Assembly: GCA_039589315.1 (NCBI GenBank)
Contig: JBDHHQ010000122.1
Span: 1 to 11,587, forward strand
DNA: 11,587 nt
Reading direction: 5' to 3'
Source: Gemmatimonadota bacterium
GTDB lineage: Bacteria > Gemmatimonadota > Gemmatimonadetes > Longimicrobiales > Gaopeijiaceae
In this document: positions 8,325-11,587 of the stretch, piece by piece
How positions within the stretch are numbered: the first letter of the stretch is position 1
Layout of the letters: the number at the start of each line of letters is the position of its first letter
Position numbers and translations under genes: made by a program
Notes under the pieces: generated by a model
The model's database searches: none
The model's input: only the letters and a program-made list of their open reading frames with translations
Told to the model about the DNA's origin: nothing

Positions 8325-8354
8325 GAGGGCCCCGTCCAACAGCGGGGCCCTCTT
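8325..8354 (+). terminator. Probable intrinsic terminator of the Cys-rich gene
   Basis: Perfect 10-bp stem GAGGGCCCCG / CGGGGCCCTC with an 8-nt loop, followed by TT. A second hairpin (CTCGCCGG..CCGGCGAG, 8280-8306) lies just upstream. Confidence 0.55.
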
Positions 8355-8563
8355 GAACCGACATCGGAGTATCCCGGGCGCTGGGAGGAGCGTCTTGGCG
8401 ACACGGGCCTGACTCGAGGCGATCCGCCTCGCGAGGGTCGCCTACGAGGAGGATGATGTTCGTGGCGGTCTCCTTGACCCACTTCAGTGGCCTCGGAGGA
8501 TCGCGAGACGAGGTGGGCGCGCGAATGCCTGGTTGGGCCGGTGAATGGGCTTAGCTTCACTAC

Positions 8564-9103
8564 ATGACCACCCAACCCCTCGACCTCCCCACCCTCTGGG
8601 CCCTGGCATGGAAGACCCAGCAGGCTCAGTACCACACCCACCACCACGGCATCGACCACTGGGTCCGCGTGGAGCGGAACGGGCTGTGGCTGGCCGAACA
8701 GGTCCCGGGCGTTGATGCGCTCGTACTTCGCTGCTTCGCGGCACTCCATGACTGCCAGCGTTGGGACGACGGCTACGACCCAGAGCACGGCCCTCGGGCC
8801 GCCACGTTCATCGAGGGGCTGTCACTACCCCTGGACTCGGACAAGATGGACCAGCTGCTCGTCGCGGTTCGTACCCACACGCACGGCGACATCCTTCAGG
8901 ATGATCTGACTATTCAGGTCTGTCATGACGCTGACCGGTTGGACATCGGAAGGGTGGGAATCCGTCCCGATCCCCAGTACTTCTACACGCCCCCGGCGAA
9001 GGACCTGGCCCGCCGCGACGCCTGCGAGTCCCTGGATGCGGTGCAGGTCGACCTCACGTGTCCGGAGCACTTCGCGCCGACGCCCAGGTGGGATCGCTGG
9101 TAG
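8564..9103 (+). CDS. HD-domain metal-dependent phosphohydrolase
   Basis: HGIDHWVRV, AALHD, EHGPRAA, HTHG and CHDADRLD give the H...HD...D signature. Confidence 0.9.
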   Translation: MTTQPLDLPTLWALAWKTQQAQYHTHHHGIDHWVRVERNGLWLAEQVPGVDALVLRCFAALHDCQRWDDGYDPEHGPRAATFIEGLSLPLDSDKMDQLLVAVRTHTHGDILQDDLTIQVCHDADRLDIGRVGIRPDPQYFYTPPAKDLARRDACESLDAVQVDLTCPEHFAPTPRWDRW

Positions 9104-9193
9104 TGGAGGTGCGGGCCTCAGTCCCGGGCGCCATGCAGAATCAGACGTGGATCCCACTCGAATGAAGGCGCGGACGGGAGGGTAGCGGGGGTT

Positions 9194-9619
9194 CTACAAC
9201 CGCCGCCACTCGATGAGGAAAGAGAACCGGGTGCAGCTCAAGATGCAGAACTCGATGTCGTTGAACCGCGCGACGAGTATGTCCAGCCCGATCAGCTCGA
9301 TGGTCCCGTCCAGCGGTTCCCCGCCCTCGACCAGCGTGATGGTGCCGTCGGCGAGCGAGAGCTGTCCGTAGCCCCTCTGCTCGGGAGCGTCCGGCGCACG
9401 AGTGAGGGTCGTGAATGAGCCGTCCTCGTCGATCTCCATTGAGTACTCGACATCGCGGGCCTCGATGGTACCGTCTCCCACCAGTTCGGTTATCTCGTAC
9501 CGGGTAGCCTCCCACGTACCGGCGAGATCGGACAATTGCGGACCTGTCGGGCCGCCATCTCCGGAGCATCCCCACAGCACTGAGACCAGGGCCACGATCG
9601 TCGCGTTTGGGCCTTTCAT
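9194..9619 (-). CDS. Hypothetical lipoprotein, lipocalin-like beta-rich domain, 141 aa
   Basis: SD GGAGGAGG before the ATG at 9619; lipobox LWG-C; 'LAGTW' motif followed by beta-strand-like segments. Confidence 0.8.
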   Translation of the reverse strand: MKGPNATIVALVSVLWGCSGDGGPTGPQLSDLAGTWEATRYEITELVGDGTIEARDVEYSMEIDEDGSFTTLTRAPDAPEQRGYGQLSLADGTITLVEGGEPLDGTIELIGLDILVARFNDIEFCILSCTRFSFLIEWRRL

Positions 9620-9668
9620 GGGAGCCTCCTCCGTTTGGGCCACTGTGCCCGGAGGTTGGCGCGGCAGG

Positions 9669-9685
9669 GTCAAGCCTGAGTCAAG
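9669..9685. promoter_or_regulatory. Direct repeat GTCAAG-N5-GTCAAG (11-bp period), putative regulator box
   Basis: Exact hexamer repeat in the divergent intergenic region, about 50 nt upstream of the lipoprotein start. Confidence 0.35.
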
Positions 9686-9838
9686 TGCCGGGACCCCGCT
9701 GCGACGCTGGGAGGCGTGTAGCCAGGGGCAGCTTGCCCCGCCCCCCCCGGATCCACCCGCACCGCGACCGCGACACTGCCGCCCGGCGGGTGTATCTCTC
9801 CAGTGAAACCCGAATGCCAAACCAACCCAGGAGAAACG

Positions 9839-11368
9839 TTGCCCAGAGGCCTGATGCGGGAGCTGCTTCATCGGCGGGTGCCGCACATCACCGGCATCTA
9901 CCTGGCGGGCGGTTGGGGACTGCTGGAGTTCACCTCCTGGGCCATCCAGCGCTTCGGTTGGCCCGCCGGCCTGGCGGATCTGGTGGTGGTCCTGTGGATG
10001 CTTGCCCTACCCGTGGTGGCGTGGCTGGCCTGGAGGTACGGGGCGCCGGGTCCCCAACATGGGCCCCACAAGGACCCGGACCAGAGCGGCAAGTCGGTCG
10101 CCGTCTTGCCCTTCGACAACCTGAGCGAAGGGCCGGAGGACGCCTATCTGGCTGAGGGCCTTACTGACGAGATCACGAATGCGCTCACCCGGGTCCGGGG
10201 GCTGAACGTGGCGGCGCGCACGTCGGCCTTTTCGTACAGAGACGCCCAGGAGGACGTACGGGACATCGGTCGCCAACTGGGCGTGGGAGCCGTCCTCGAG
10301 GGAACGGTGCGGCGATCGGGAGACCGCCTGAGGGTGACCACGCAGCTGGTGAGCGTCGCGGACGGATATCACCTCTGGTCCGATCACTTCGATCGGCTCA
10401 TGGAGGACGTCTTCAAGATCCAGGAAGAAGTCGCGGCCAACGTGGCGCACGCGCTGGAGCTCATCCTCGCGGCCAGCGAGCGCCGTGCCCTGACCAGGAT
10501 CCCCACGTCGGACATCCGAGCCTATGAGCTCTACCTGCGTGGCCGGCAGTTCTTCTACCAGAACCGACGGAAGAGCCTGGAATACGCCCTCGAGATGTTC
10601 GAGCACGCGATCCAGATCGATCCAGGGTATGCCATGGCGTACGCCGGGCTGGCCGACTGTCACTCGACGCTGTGCAGGCTGTTCCCCGGCAGCGAGGGCG
10701 ACCTTATCGAAGCGGACCGGGCCAGCGCGCAGGCCGTGGAGCTGGATCCCGAGCTGGCCGAAGCGCACTCCGCCCGAGGGACGGCGCTGTTCCTCATGGG
10801 GCGCATGGAGGAAGCGCGGCAGGCGTTCGAAACCGCGATCGAGCTGAATCCCGGACTCTTCGAGGCACGGTACTCCTTCGCGCGAGCGTGCTTCCAGTCC
10901 GGGGATTACTCGAGGGCAGCGTCGCTCTTCGAAGAAGCCGACAGGATCCGGGAGGACTACAGCGCCGCGTTCCTCGCGGCGCAGTCACACCAGGCCCTGG
11001 GGAACCACGAGGCTGCCCGGGCAGCGTATGGCAGAGCCAGGCTCCTGGCCGAGCGCCACATGGAGCTCAACCCCGATGATGCCCGTGCAGCGACCATGCG
11101 AGCCGTGTCGCTCTTTCGGACCGGAGAACGGGAGCAGGGTCTCCACTGGGCCGAGCGCGCCTTGACCATCGATCCGGACGACGCCGGCGTGCTCTACAAC
11201 GTGGCGTGCCTCTATGCTGTCGAGGGCTTGGTGGATGAGGCCCTCGACTGCTTGTCCCGCGCCGTTGGCCGGGGACTGGGAAACCGGGAGTGGCTCGAGC
11301 GTGACCCGGACATGGACCGGTTGCGCGACGACTCGCGGTTCCAGGCGCTGGCAGCGGAGATGGATTGA
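9839..11368 (+). CDS. Membrane-anchored TolB-like (FlgO-like) domain + TPR-repeat protein
   Basis: TTG start chosen for the SD AGGAGA (alternatives 9803 and 9854). 'ELLHRRVP' plus two TM helices; 'SVAVLPFDNLS..EDAYLAEGLTDEITNAL..V.GLNVAARTSAF'; TPRs; C-terminal 'YNVACLYA...WLERDPDMDRLRDDSRFQAL'. Confidence 0.92.
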   Translation: MPRGLMRELLHRRVPHITGIYLAGGWGLLEFTSWAIQRFGWPAGLADLVVVLWMLALPVVAWLAWRYGAPGPQHGPHKDPDQSGKSVAVLPFDNLSEGPEDAYLAEGLTDEITNALTRVRGLNVAARTSAFSYRDAQEDVRDIGRQLGVGAVLEGTVRRSGDRLRVTTQLVSVADGYHLWSDHFDRLMEDVFKIQEEVAANVAHALELILAASERRALTRIPTSDIRAYELYLRGRQFFYQNRRKSLEYALEMFEHAIQIDPGYAMAYAGLADCHSTLCRLFPGSEGDLIEADRASAQAVELDPELAEAHSARGTALFLMGRMEEARQAFETAIELNPGLFEARYSFARACFQSGDYSRAASLFEEADRIREDYSAAFLAAQSHQALGNHEAARAAYGRARLLAERHMELNPDDARAATMRAVSLFRTGEREQGLHWAERALTIDPDDAGVLYNVACLYAVEGLVDEALDCLSRAVGRGLGNREWLERDPDMDRLRDDSRFQALAAEMD

Positions 11369-11543
11369 CGGCTGGTGAAGAGCGACCCCGAGCTCGTCGG
11401 GCCGCACCCAACCACCCGAAACGTTCAATGGAACGTTCCGACCCGTCCCAACGAACGCTATCCACTGCCTCGGGGGTCTGTCCATCGTTCCGTAAATGCC
11501 TTTGCAATTTAGGCATACGAGAATGGGCAACGCGATCTACCTC

Positions 11544-11559
11544 CGGCATACCCTATGCG
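11544..11559 (+). promoter_or_regulatory. Possible sigma54 (-24/-12) promoter for a gene beyond the right edge
   Basis: CGGCATA-CCCT-ATGCG versus consensus TGGCACG-N4-TTGCW; GG (11545-46)-N10-GC (11557-58). Confidence 0.45.
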
Positions 11560-11587
11560 CGGTGAACAGGATTGACCGGAGCACGGG

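Noticed and set aside
8453..8554. 33-aa ORF MMFVAVSLTHF... after GAGGAGG
   Set aside because: The SD abuts the first ATG, codon usage is weak and there is no motif; it cannot be supported.
9620..9886. 89-aa N-terminal extension of the minus-strand lipoprotein ORF
   Set aside because: Low-complexity, overlaps the TPR gene start, and would bury the signal peptide; a strong SD precedes 9619.
1..11587. CRISPR array, IS element, tRNA/rRNA or intact defence system
   Set aside because: No regularly spaced repeats, transposase or integrase motifs, terminal inverted repeats or structural RNA signatures were seen. The nuclease is an exported lipoprotein and the HD protein has no Cas-like context.

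Overview
High-GC bacterial chromosomal window, most likely Gemmatimonadota (inferred from a Hanks kinase starting '[10 protein letters not shown]', a membrane-anchored TolB-like/TPR protein and an orphan duplicated ABC permease). It is a patchwork of mostly envelope-targeted genes. Left to right: 5' end of a Ser/Thr kinase (-), META/HslJ lipoprotein (-), EEP nuclease lipoprotein (+), Tat-exported beta-lactamase-family serine hydrolase (+), a Phd/YefM-like antitoxin remnant (-), ADOP/MacB-like permease (-), SGNH hydrolase (-), outer-membrane beta-barrel (+), a 62-aa Cys-rich protein (+), HD-domain hydrolase (+), lipocalin-like lipoprotein (-) and a TolB-like/TPR protein (+). No rRNA, tRNA, CRISPR array or intact mobile element was seen. 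The best leads are: (1) the 62-aa protein, which looks like desulforedoxin with a second metal site nested inside and has a palindrome over its putative promoter; (2) two in-frame UGA codons each followed by a hairpin and a protein-like continuation (recoding candidates or gene remnants); (3) several regulatory motifs, including a possible sigma54 promoter at the right end. All family calls come from motif recognition; no searches were run.
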